A DNA stretch of 64,000 nucleotides from Bdellovibrionales bacterium (GCA_965217115.1 OZ244239.1:1361430-1425429), one strand, 5' to 3'. Positions 36,098 to 44,485 are shown, numbered from the stretch's first letter. Numbers and translations are program-made. The notes: generated by a model not told the origin, from the sequence alone.

Positions 36098-36876
36098 AAA
36101 AAAAATCTCTAAATTATTTTGAGGAATTTTTTCTTGGTTGTGCTTCCCCCGTTAAAGGCATGAGACTTCTTATGGGAGACAGGTCATTGCGTCGACTCTC
36201 ATTTTGGCCTTTTATAATCTACATTCTATTCTTTATTATTGGATTGAGTTTCTCATCACCATTACTGTTGGTGGTTTCTTCTTGGGTAACGGCCATGTTG
36301 GGAAGTACAATTGCCTCTGGATTCTTGGGGCTGTTGATTTTAATAGTTACAAAAATAATGAGTTGGTTATTTTTTGTTTTGGTATTGGGTTACGGGGTTT
36401 TTTTGGTGACTAATATTATTGCGTCGCCGTTTTATGCTCTTTTGGCTGAAAAAATATTGAAAGACAGAGGAGAAATGCCAGAGGGGGCGAAATCTCTGAA
36501 GAGTTGGTTAGGTCGAAATCTGGGCCTGATTTTACAGGCGCTGATTAAGGTGATGATTTTTCTTATCTTGGGTGCCATTTTGTTTGCTTTGTCCTTGATA
36601 CCAGCAATTGGTTTTATTGCAACTTTTGGCTTTTTTCTGATTATCGCTTTTGATTGCAGTGATTATTCCTATGAAGCTGTTTTGTGGAATTTTCGTCAGA
36701 GAATGAGTTTCTTTACTTTGCACTGGGCGGCTCATTGTGGTTTGGCGCTGACAATAGGCTTTATTTTTATGATCCCTATAATGAATATTTTTTTATTTCC
36801 GATGGCGGTTGTTGGGGCGACAGATCTATTTATTCGGTTGAGAGCTACTGACAAAGCGAGTGTAATTGAAACCTAA
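36094..36876 (+). CDS. CysZ/EI24-family polytopic membrane protein
   Basis: The motif IIASPFYALLAEKI after the second TM pair resembles the CysZ/EI24 signature. About 6 TM segments. ATGA overlap with the preceding ATPase gene. Confidence 0.55.
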   Translation: MKKKSLNYFEEFFLGCASPVKGMRLLMGDRSLRRLSFWPFIIYILFFIIGLSFSSPLLLVVSSWVTAMLGSTIASGFLGLLILIVTKIMSWLFFVLVLGYGVFLVTNIIASPFYALLAEKILKDRGEMPEGAKSLKSWLGRNLGLILQALIKVMIFLILGAILFALSLIPAIGFIATFGFFLIIAFDCSDYSYEAVLWNFRQRMSFFTLHWAAHCGLALTIGFIFMIPIMNIFLFPMAVVGATDLFIRLRATDKASVIET

Positions 36877-36891
36877 GTTAGCGAGAGAAAG

Positions 36892-38139
36892 ATGAAAGAT
36901 TTTGTACATAGGCAAATTATTAAGAACATAGATTCAGTATCTGATTGGTTTCAACAAAAATCTTTGCACCCCTATCTCCCTTTCTATTCATCGTTTGATA
37001 TGAGGGACAGTGGTTATAAGATCACTAATGTGGATGCGAATCTTTTTCCTGCTGGATTTAATAATATTTGTGAGGTTGACCGGGATGAGGCGCCAAATTT
37101 GGTCTCTCAATATTTAGAGCGTTGTTACAATCTTCCAAAGAATGCTAAAATTGTGTTATTAACCGAAGAGCACACGAGAAACGCTTATTATTGGGAAAAT
37201 ATTTATCAAATATTGAATTTATTAGAAGGGTTAGGTCACAAGGTGAAATTATGTGTGCCTAAAAAATTGGAAAAAGACATTTATGTGCAATCGGCAACAG
37301 GTAGGGAGTTGATTATTGTGTCTTGGTGGCAATTAAAGAGAGAGGGTTTTGTCCCAGATGTTGTGATAAATAATAACGATTTTTCTTCTCACTATGAGGA
37401 ATGGGAAGCATCTTTGCAGGAAGAAGTGATGTTGGTGAACCCTCCCTGGCAACTTGGTTGGCGTTGGAGAAAGAAGAGCGATTATTTTTTCCATTTTAAT
37501 TCTTTAGCTGAAACCTTTGCTCAAATAATAGATGTGGACCCGTGGGTTTTTACGGTGAGAACAGAGGTTTTTTCTAATTTCTCGATCAATGAGAGAGGGA
37601 GTCGAGATAGTTTAGCGAGTATTATACAAACACAAATAGATGAACTCTCTGAGGACTATGCACAGAGAAAGATTGATAGAAAACCGACAGTTTTTGTAAA
37701 AAACAACTCTGGAACCTACGGCATGGGAATTATAGCTGTGAGTTCAGGAGAGGAGTTTTTGCAATTAAATAATAGAGCGCGGACGAAGATGAAGGCCTCC
37801 AAGGGAGGAGAGGGGATTGGGGAGGTGATTGTGCAAGAGGGGATACCGTCCTCTTTGTTAAGTGGACAGTCAGTGGCGGAGCCAGTTCTCTATCTTGTTG
37901 GTGAAGAGTTGGCAGGGGGGTTTTTGCGAACTCATAAGGATAAGGGAGTGGTTGATAATTTGAATAGTCCGGGGGCTGTGTATAAGCGACTTTGTGTTTC
38001 TGATTTAAAAATAAATGTGGAAGGTTCTCCATTGGAAAATGTTTATGGTTGGGTTGCTAAGCTGGGTGTGCTTGCTTTGGCAATGGAGATTAAAAGTAAA
38101 AAAATAAAAATCTGTTCTTGTTCTGAATTGGAAAATTAA
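36892..38139 (+). CDS. gshA: Glutamate--cysteine ligase, rare 'T. ferrooxidans-type' family (assigned from recalled motif)
   Basis: PFYSSFDMRDSGYKITNVDANLFPAGFNN matches my memory of the N-terminal signature of this GshA family (PF08886/TIGR02049). This needs an HMM check. Confidence 0.55.
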   Translation: MKDFVHRQIIKNIDSVSDWFQQKSLHPYLPFYSSFDMRDSGYKITNVDANLFPAGFNNICEVDRDEAPNLVSQYLERCYNLPKNAKIVLLTEEHTRNAYYWENIYQILNLLEGLGHKVKLCVPKKLEKDIYVQSATGRELIIVSWWQLKREGFVPDVVINNNDFSSHYEEWEASLQEEVMLVNPPWQLGWRWRKKSDYFFHFNSLAETFAQIIDVDPWVFTVRTEVFSNFSINERGSRDSLASIIQTQIDELSEDYAQRKIDRKPTVFVKNNSGTYGMGIIAVSSGEEFLQLNNRARTKMKASKGGEGIGEVIVQEGIPSSLLSGQSVAEPVLYLVGEELAGGFLRTHKDKGVVDNLNSPGAVYKRLCVSDLKINVEGSPLENVYGWVAKLGVLALAMEIKSKKIKICSCSELEN

Positions 38140-38209
38140 TTGACAAAAGTCTAGTAACTAAACTTTTCATCGGCTTCTTCCGAAAGAGTAGGTGATAAGG
38201 GAGGCCCCT

Positions 38210-38908
38210 ATGAAAAATGGGAGTATACGGTTTGTAGGTATTTTTGGATTTATATTTTTCTTTGCGATGGGGGTGAATATTGCCTTTAAATCGTGGAGTG
38301 GTTCTACCTATGTAAGTCAAAAAGTTTGGTTTGATGGAAAGCGCGATTTAGCTTCTGTTGGCAAGGCATTCGATTTTTCTAACTTAAGCGGAAATATCTT
38401 TCGTGGAGAAGCCAAATCTCAAATGATAGAGAGAGCTAGGGTGAGTGAGGGATTAGATCGAATTGGTGTGCAGTTGGGTCATTTTTTAGTAAGAACGAGT
38501 GAGGGTAAGAGAAATTTTATCTGTCGAGAGCATGGCCGCGTGGAAATGACTTTTAAAGCCAGTGGCTTTGCAATCAACGGTCGTAGGCCTGTGATGGTGG
38601 TGGATGGACTGTGCAATGTTGCCAATGATGTTAATTATATTTCGACGTTGTGGATTCCTGTGAAGGAGATCATTAAAAGTTCAGCAGGAGATGTTGAATT
38701 TAAATTTAGAGGAGAAGCTCCTGTGAGTGTGACCTTTGATGGAATGGGAGATAGTTGGCCAGAGAATTGGGCACTGTCTAGTGTGCGTTTTTATTCAGAA
38801 GGACAAAAAAAAGGAAAAGAGATGGTTGTTGAACAAAGGGATATCTTAAAGTTGCAAAAAAACAAACGCCTATCTCTTAATTGGAATCGCTGGATTCAGC
38901 AGAAATGA
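38210..38908 (+). CDS. Hypothetical membrane-anchored or exported protein
   Basis: The ATG at 38210 is preceded by AAGGGAGG. N-terminal hydrophobic segment FVGIFGFIFFFAMGVNIAF. Confidence 0.5.
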   Translation: MKNGSIRFVGIFGFIFFFAMGVNIAFKSWSGSTYVSQKVWFDGKRDLASVGKAFDFSNLSGNIFRGEAKSQMIERARVSEGLDRIGVQLGHFLVRTSEGKRNFICREHGRVEMTFKASGFAINGRRPVMVVDGLCNVANDVNYISTLWIPVKEIIKSSAGDVEFKFRGEAPVSVTFDGMGDSWPENWALSSVRFYSEGQKKGKEMVVEQRDILKLQKNKRLSLNWNRWIQQK

Positions 38909-38936
38909 CCAAGCAATGTTTAAACTTTTTACAGAG

Positions 38937-39003
38937 CGGCTTCACAGGAAGTGATCTGTCCATCTGCAATGGGAGCTGCGACATCACTAGACTCTGTGTT
39001 AAC
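38937..39003 (-). pseudogene. Truncated fragment of a paralog of the 153-aa secreted protein gene (39758..40219)
   Basis: This 67-nt stretch aligns with 39802..39868 with about six mismatches by eye. It encodes VNTESSDVAAPIADGQITSCE versus INTESNDVEALITDGQITSCE in the intact gene, and an in-frame stop lies just upstream. Confidence 0.7.
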
Positions 39004-39086
39004 TGTACGTCGTCAAAACATTTGGGAATAAACAAGATCCAGACTAATTAACAATTTCTTATTACCTTCTAGATCAAGTCAGCGAG

Positions 39087-39413
39087 CTATTTTTCTAATA
39101 TAGTACAAAAATCTTCATTATGATATACGTCAACAGCATAATAGAAAGAAATCTTATATATAGGCAATTCATAACGTGTTGGATTTTCATAAATTAAACC
39201 CTTAACAGTTATATTAAATCGATATAAGCTTTTAACATCAGAATTTTCAATGGAAAAGCGAGTAAAGAACCAGCGATCTATATTTTTATTTTCAGTCAAT
39301 AATTTGTTAACGGCGTACTTACGTACTTTGTCTTGACAATCTTTAGATGCCCCCTCTTTTGCAAAACTAACCACAGTACTAAGCAATACTAATAGTGCAA
39401 ATATTTTTTTCAT
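39087..39413 (-). CDS. Small secreted protein, unknown function (108 aa)
   Basis: Signal peptide MKKIFALLVLLSTVVSFAKEG. No motif recognised. Confidence 0.55.
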   Translation of the reverse strand: MKKIFALLVLLSTVVSFAKEGASKDCQDKVRKYAVNKLLTENKNIDRWFFTRFSIENSDVKSLYRFNITVKGLIYENPTRYELPIYKISFYYAVDVYHNEDFCTILEK

Positions 39414-39478
39414 AAAGCCCCTTTTTGTTAATTTTTCGAGAGAGTATCGCCAATTCTAAAACTTACAAGATAAAATCT

Positions 39479-39505
39479 ATAGATCGTTTAAAAAAAACGA
39501 TCTAT
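39479..39505. other. Perfect 10-bp inverted repeat (atagatcgtt-N7-aacgatctat) upstream of the 108-aa gene
   Basis: Read directly. It lies about 65-90 nt upstream of the ATG at 39413. It could be an operator or a weak terminator. Confidence 0.3.
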
Positions 39506-39678
39506 CGCCGCTGATTTTCTAGTTAATGGTATTATAAAGAAAATTTTTCGAATCCAAGACATATCTTTGTTCAAATACAATGGTTTTTTGTGACCGAAGG
39601 AAATAGTTTATGGATATACGTCATATTGAAAAAAAACATTAACAATCTAGTGATGAGTAAAAGATGCAGATAAAGCAC

Positions 39679-39706
39679 AAAAAAGAGGCTACCAATTGGC
39701 AACCTC
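39679..39706 (-). terminator. Rho-independent terminator of the 153-aa gene
   Basis: Minus strand reads gaggttgcc-aatt-ggtagcctc followed by tttttt. It lies about 50 nt after the stop at 39758. Confidence 0.65.
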
Positions 39707-39757
39707 GTCATCTTTTCCTAATTTTGATAAACTAGTTAGTTATTAAAACCTAAAATC

Positions 39758-40219
39758 TTAATTTGTATAAAACCAATCGAGACGATCAAAATCTTCAAAA
39801 TCGGTTTCACAGGAAGTGATCTGTCCATCTGTAATGAGAGCTTCGACATCATTAGATTCTGTGTTAATAAAAAAACCATAGATGTTCCCGCCAGCATCAA
39901 AGAGATACATTCTATAATTTCTGTCATGGGCAGTGTCTTTTATTGATCTAACCCAAAGTTCAGCCTTCTCAAGACTATAAGAAGCATATTTGAGTGCCTC
40001 TTCATAGCTAGTAACAGACACTCCCAGGCTAGCAGAGACCCCTTTTATAATCTGGGAGAGTGTTTTTTTATTTACTTTTGAATCCTTATTAAGGGTTTGT
40101 TCTTCAGATACAATCAAATCTTTCATTCGTGCAGTGTCAACAAGGTCGTCACCAAAGAGACATTTAGAAAAAGAGGGGACAGATGTGAGTAGAACCAATG
40201 CAATTAATATTTTTTTCAT
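39758..40219 (-). CDS. Small secreted protein, unknown function (153 aa)
   Basis: AAGGAGAA RBS and signal peptide MKKILIALVLLTSVPSFSK. A decayed paralog fragment lies at 38937..39003. Confidence 0.6.
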   Translation of the reverse strand: MKKILIALVLLTSVPSFSKCLFGDDLVDTARMKDLIVSEEQTLNKDSKVNKKTLSQIIKGVSASLGVSVTSYEEALKYASYSLEKAELWVRSIKDTAHDRNYRMYLFDAGGNIYGFFINTESNDVEALITDGQITSCETDFEDFDRLDWFYTN

Positions 40220-40409
40220 AATTGTTCTCCTTGAATTGTGTTCACTAAGAGAGGAACCTATTAATTTCTTTAATTAAACAAACTTCTATCTCCTTCCCGG
40301 AAATAAGCAATAAATTTATTTCGTTTGAAATATTTACAAAGCAGATCACTCACGACACTCGAATGTTTTTTTTGGATTTGTTCTTAAAAAAACAATGGCT
40401 TCTGAATTC

Positions 40410-40438
40410 AAAAAAAAAGGCCACTTTTTGCAGTGGCC
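40410..40438 (-). terminator. Rho-independent terminator (conserved cassette 3' flank, copy 1)
   Basis: Minus strand reads ggccact-gcaaaa-agtggcc followed by ttttttttt. Confidence 0.7.
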
Positions 40439-40483
40439 CCGTTATAATTCCTTCGCTCAGACGAGTGAGGACAATTTTAGAAT

Positions 40484-40954
40484 CTATTTCCTAATTTTCA
40501 GAGTTGTTAAGCAATAATACCTATCTAAGTCTCTATAATCAAGAACCTTTAGAGGGCGGCGGTCCATGGTTCTGACCTTTTCAAGTTTATAACAGGATAT
40601 TTTGTCATCAACAATAGATCTTCGATAGGCCACAACTCTTTTAGATTTTGTCCCTGATCTAATTTCAGTTACTAAATCATGGGATTTAATGAGTTTCCTT
40701 TGTTGTTCACCAGATTCAAACAAGGCCTTTGCATAGCGAGTGAAGTAAAGAGGTACTTTTCCACTTGCAACGATATCGTTTTCCTCGTCTTGAGTTACTC
40801 TGTCCAGGAGATCTTGAAAAGCCTTGCCAGAACCAAAGCTAGGGTACTCAGTAGCAGGGACTCTCTTTTCAACCGCGGTCGATGCTATTTTGGTCTTTAT
40901 TCCAGAACAGGAAACAATACTTAAGCTAAGCAAAAGAAGGGCAATTATTTTCAT
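40484..40954 (-). CDS. Lipoprotein, unknown function (156 aa)
   Basis: MKIIALLLLSLSIVSCSG contains the lipobox IVSC. Confidence 0.6.
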   Translation of the reverse strand: MKIIALLLLSLSIVSCSGIKTKIASTAVEKRVPATEYPSFGSGKAFQDLLDRVTQDEENDIVASGKVPLYFTRYAKALFESGEQQRKLIKSHDLVTEIRSGTKSKRVVAYRRSIVDDKISCYKLEKVRTMDRRPLKVLDYRDLDRYYCLTTLKIRK

Positions 40955-41126
40955 AAAAAATCCTTATGTTATATGTTAACAACATTAAGCATATCGGATT
41001 ATTTAAACTAAACTAACTAAACCAAGGTCTGTATGGAACCTCGAAGAGAAGAGGTGACTACAGAATCTATGCCTGGTGTTGAGAGGACACATTCCCTGGC
41101 GGTGCCATCGTCACTATAACGACTCT

Positions 41127-41171
41127 TTAAAAGAAGTTTAGTATAGCTAAGATTTGTTTGATTTCTTTCAT
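41127..41171 (-). pseudogene. 14-codon stub with strong RBS, probably the remnant of a former cassette gene
   Basis: AAGGAGAGATT-ATG then MKEIKQILAILNFF and a stop. The leader aligns with the leader of the 338-aa gene at 44068. A frame-shifted continuation remains open for about 40 codons. Confidence 0.3.
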
Positions 41172-41210
41172 AATCTCTCCTTGTGGTTTATTAACATCTT
41201 CGTTTTAGAA

Positions 41211-41279
41211 AGAATAGCTTGAAAAATTCAAACATCAGCATATATATTATTATTTATTACCACGAAAGGGTTATTTTCC
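41211..41279. promoter_or_regulatory. Conserved divergent promoter/operator block, copy 1
   Basis: Contains the 27-mer atcagcatatatattattatttattac (41234..41260), which is identical to 44136..44162. It lies directly upstream of the regulator ATG. Confidence 0.5.
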
Positions 41280-42074
41280 ATGACTGTTTTAGAATTTGAT
41301 AATTACAAAACCTATTTAAGGCATATCACCGATGTGGAGAAACGCGGGATTGTTAAAAAATTGGCCGATGCAGCAGGCTGTCAGAGATCTTATATTTCCC
41401 AGGTACTGAGTACACAGGTTCATCTCACATCTGACCATGTATATGGCATTGGGCTGTTTTTACACATGCAAGACTATGAGTTAGATTACTTTCTCTTACT
41501 TTTAGAGAAAGAGAAAGCCTCTTCCTTGCCCTATCGAGAAAAACTACAGGGGAAGTTAGCTCAAAGTAAAAGACATGCTCTGCGACTTTCCAAACAAATA
41601 AAAGAAGAAGAGACTCAGGTGATCCCTGAAGCCTATTATTCTGCGTGGTATTTTTCAGCCATCCACATAGCTACAAGCATAGATAAATTAAAGGATGAAG
41701 ATGATTTTTCCAAGTATCTGAGTCTTCCTAAAAAATTAGTGAGTAAAGTTCTCAGAGAGTTAGAGCGTTGGGGGCTTATTGAGTTTAATGGTGAATCTTG
41801 GAATTACGTAGGTTCGAGAGTCATCCATTTAAGAGATGATTCCTTCCTAAACCGTATCAATCATATTAATTGGAGAACACAAGCTCTATCACGTGCTCTG
41901 TCACCAATACAAGACGTTCATTATACGTCTGTGTTTACGATTTCTAAAAAAGATGTGGAAAGGATAAGAGAAAAACTTCTAAACTTCATCCATGAGCATA
42001 GAAAAGACGTTGATGCTTCCAGTTCAGAAACACTTGTCGCTTTTTGTTGCGATTATTTCGTGGCAGGTTCTTAG
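41280..42074 (+). CDS. Putative HTH regulator, DUF4423/TIGR02147-like (264 aa)
   Basis: The N-terminus YKTYLRHITDVEKRGIVKKLADAAGCQRSYISQVLSTQVHLTSDH...YFLLLLEKEKA resembles the TIGR02147 pattern as I recall it. An HMM check is needed. Confidence 0.5.
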   Translation: MTVLEFDNYKTYLRHITDVEKRGIVKKLADAAGCQRSYISQVLSTQVHLTSDHVYGIGLFLHMQDYELDYFLLLLEKEKASSLPYREKLQGKLAQSKRHALRLSKQIKEEETQVIPEAYYSAWYFSAIHIATSIDKLKDEDDFSKYLSLPKKLVSKVLRELERWGLIEFNGESWNYVGSRVIHLRDDSFLNRINHINWRTQALSRALSPIQDVHYTSVFTISKKDVERIREKLLNFIHEHRKDVDASSSETLVAFCCDYFVAGS

Positions 42075-42129
42075 ACATTCTAAGAACCCATGAACAAAAA
42101 AACTACAAATTGCAAAACGGAAACCCTAA

Positions 42130-42426
42130 CTATTCATATTCATCTAACTCTATAATTTCGGTCTTAACGATTTTATTGTCTATACCATCGGCCTTTAAAT
42201 TTTCACTAATATTATCTACGCAGTTTAGTTTATCTTTAGGCTCTTCGAGTTGATTGCACTTGTTGACCATCGCCTCGATCGCACTTGACCTAGCATTTCT
42301 CAGTCTTGTATTAGCACGCGTTTCATGGACGGCTGACAAGCCCTTTCTCCCCGAATTAACGAATTGACTTGGTAAAACCGCAATTGCAAGAAAAACGAAT
42401 GCGCCAGCTATGTATGCCATAACCAT
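42130..42426 (-). CDS. Small N-terminally membrane-anchored protein (98 aa)
   Basis: Strong RBS TAGGAGGAAAAA, one TM helix (AYIAGAFVFLAIAVL) and an acidic C-terminus. Confidence 0.55.
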   Translation of the reverse strand: MVMAYIAGAFVFLAIAVLPSQFVNSGRKGLSAVHETRANTRLRNARSSAIEAMVNKCNQLEEPKDKLNCVDNISENLKADGIDNKIVKTEIIELDEYE

Positions 42427-42582
42427 TTTTTCCTCCTAAGTAATAGAATAATTCATATTTTCGATTGGCACCATAGTATCATATTTTCATACTGTGTAGT
42501 TATTACTTTTTATCTAAGAGTAAATTTTACAATGCTAAAAGACGGGGAGCCACCCATTGCCCCACCGACTTAGTTATCCCAG

Positions 42583-42819
42583 CTATTTAGAAGCTTTGAA
42601 AAATTTGTCATTGGAATCAACATTTCGGAAATACTCCGTGTTTTTAAAGGGGCCTTTTTCTTTTGGTCCGTCATTGCAATTTTTAATAATGGCATCACGT
42701 CATGTACCAAAGGTATAAGAACATAGAGCTGACCCATTATACTCCACAACACAATCAGAACGAGCATGGGAAGAGATCGTTGAAAGTAAAATCGTTAAAC
42801 CTAATATTATATTTTTCAT
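42583..42819 (-). pseudogene. Small secreted Cys-containing protein interrupted by one in-frame TGA (codon 40)
   Basis: My own translation gives MKNIILGLTILLSTISSHARSDCVVEYNGSALCSYTFGT-TGA-RDAIIKNCNDGPKEKGPFKNTEYFRNVDSNDKFFKASK, then TAG. RBS AAGGAAA. The TGA is at 42700..42702. Confidence 0.45.
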
Positions 42820-42972
42820 TCCGTTTTCCTTGGTTTCTATTTGAGTCATTTCATTTTAAATTTCTGAGCAATTATAGGGAGGATCAACACCTTTAAGGAG
42901 AAACACTATTTAATAGTGTAAATTTTCTTACTCTTCGGGGGGGGCTTTAAAAAGCGGATATTTTCTGAACTC

Positions 42973-42998
42973 AAAAAAAAGGCCACTTTGTAGTGGCC
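42973..42998 (-). terminator. Rho-independent terminator (conserved cassette 3' flank, copy 2)
   Basis: Minus strand reads ggccact-acaa-agtggcc followed by tttttttt. Confidence 0.7.
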
Positions 42999-43051
42999 TC
43001 GTCAAAATCTCCTCGCTTAAATGAAAAAGCTAGTTTTTAGAGCCTAGTGAT

Positions 43052-44068
43052 TTAGTATTCCCAATCGTGGTAAGATTTACAATTCGTAAAATAAGCAATC
43101 TCAGTTGCTTTATTTCTAGGGCCTAATTTTGCAATAAGAAAAGGTCTGTCTTTGAAATACTCGATTGCAAACTTCTCCCCTCTTAAAGTGTTGTGTCCAA
43201 CATACATCTTCCCAATCATTTTTGCATCAGTATTTCTTGGCACTAATACTCTTCCAACTTTATCATGGTCCACTTTTTCAAGCATACTCAAATTAAATTT
43301 CTGAAAATTGTATGTCTGTTTAGAGTAGGGGATAAAACCAAAATATTGAGTGATTTGTGCCACTGTCGTATCTGATTTATTTGTAAAGATCACATAGGTT
43401 CTAGCTGTGTCAGTAGCATACCTCTGAGCAACACATCTTACAGATTGACCATGAATAGCTCCTTCATACATGTTCTCTAAACCGTCTAATGAAACTGCTT
43501 TTCCAATAACCCTTCGTATTTTATGCGAAGTAAACTCTTCAGATATAACTCTTCCCATTTCATAAAGGTATTCATGGAAGAGCAGTGCTGCTTGATTCAT
43601 TGTATCCAATGAGTTCCAAATCTCTCTATTGATGTAATATCTACCCCTGTCATCATCAGCATAAGCTAATTGCTCAATACGACAGTTGTTAGGAATGTTG
43701 CTACGAAGCTCTCCTGAGTCATAAGTGGAAGGAAGTTTATGATCTACAAAAATTGATTTAGATAATAATATATCTAAGTAGCTCAGGTCATTCTCCTCAA
43801 CTGGACGTTTATCGTTTGATGAATTTCGTAACTCTTGAAATAATATTTTGAAGTCAGCTCTTAAATTACCAGAGGCAGATTTCATCCCTATCCCCCTAGA
43901 TGACTCTTCGTACACATCAAGTAAAGCCGAATCTTGAATTTTACCATTTAAGTTTCGACAGACAACAGACATTCCCCCACCGCTAGAAATAGGTCCATTA
44001 ACAACTTCTGGAAAAGCCCAAGATGGAAGAATCGATAACATAAACGGTAAAAATAATAATAGTTTCAT
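43052..44068 (-). CDS. Secreted protein, unknown function (338 aa)
   Basis: AAGGAGAA RBS and signal peptide MKLLLFLPFMLSILPSWA. No motif recognised. Confidence 0.6.
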   Translation of the reverse strand: MKLLLFLPFMLSILPSWAFPEVVNGPISSGGGMSVVCRNLNGKIQDSALLDVYEESSRGIGMKSASGNLRADFKILFQELRNSSNDKRPVEENDLSYLDILLSKSIFVDHKLPSTYDSGELRSNIPNNCRIEQLAYADDDRGRYYINREIWNSLDTMNQAALLFHEYLYEMGRVISEEFTSHKIRRVIGKAVSLDGLENMYEGAIHGQSVRCVAQRYATDTARTYVIFTNKSDTTVAQITQYFGFIPYSKQTYNFQKFNLSMLEKVDHDKVGRVLVPRNTDAKMIGKMYVGHNTLRGEKFAIEYFKDRPFLIAKLGPRNKATEIAYFTNCKSYHDWEY

Positions 44069-44112
44069 ACTGTTCTCCTTATTTTAAATTCGTTAACACT
44101 CTCTGAAGAAAA

Positions 44113-44181
44113 GTTATAGCTTAAAAAGCCTAAAGATCAGCATATATATTATTATTTATTACTATAAAAAGGTTATTTTTC
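44113..44181. promoter_or_regulatory. Conserved divergent promoter/operator block, copy 2
   Basis: The same 27-mer occurs at 44136..44162, and the flanking sequence aligns with 41211..41279. Confidence 0.5.
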
Positions 44182-44442
44182 ATAACTATTTTTAGTTTTG
44201 AGGACTGTATAGCTTATTTGAAATATATCGTGGATATGGAAAAACGTGGTGTCATTAAAGAGTTAGCTAATACGCAGCCGTTGAAATTATGAGATTGGAC
44301 TGAGCCTAGGTAAGAGCAAGGTTTTACAAAAATTGTCACTGGTCATTTATTAAACAAAGTATCTTCTTCAACTGAGCGTCTCATCATACTTGAGAGTGGC
44401 AGTGATTTTGCTTTATATAGACTGATAGAGTTAATTAATTAA
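44182..44442 (+). pseudogene. Decayed paralog of the DUF4423/TIGR02147-like regulator
   Basis: The start codon is ATA instead of ATG. ITIFSFEDCIAYLKYIVDMEKRGVIKELANTQPLKL then stop aligns with MTVLEFDNYKTYLRHITDVEKRGIVKKLADAAG. A later piece, TERLIILESGSDFALYR, resembles LERWGLIEFNGESWNY in the intact copy, which implies an internal deletion. Confidence 0.65.
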
Positions 44443-44485
44443 CACGTAAGGCGACCAAATTTATACCAGTAGTTGAGGTTTTATT

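Noticed and set aside
39736-39927. Track ORF of 63 aa overlapping the 3' part of the 153-aa gene
   Set aside because: It is an alternative frame of the same strand. The 153-aa frame has an RBS, a signal peptide and a paralog fragment that conserves its frame.
42700-42702. Selenocysteine, or genetic code 4 (TGA read as Trp), as an explanation for the in-frame TGA
   Set aside because: Many long conserved genes in the window end at TGA or lack internal TGA under code 11, so code 4 is excluded. I could not fold a convincing SECIS-like hairpin in the 40 nt after the TGA. I keep this only as a low-probability alternative.
42570-42767. Track ORF of 65 aa (MLVLIVLWSIMGQLYV...)
   Set aside because: It is out of frame relative to a better-supported small secreted ORF with an RBS and a signal peptide (42583..42819). 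It looks like a shadow frame.
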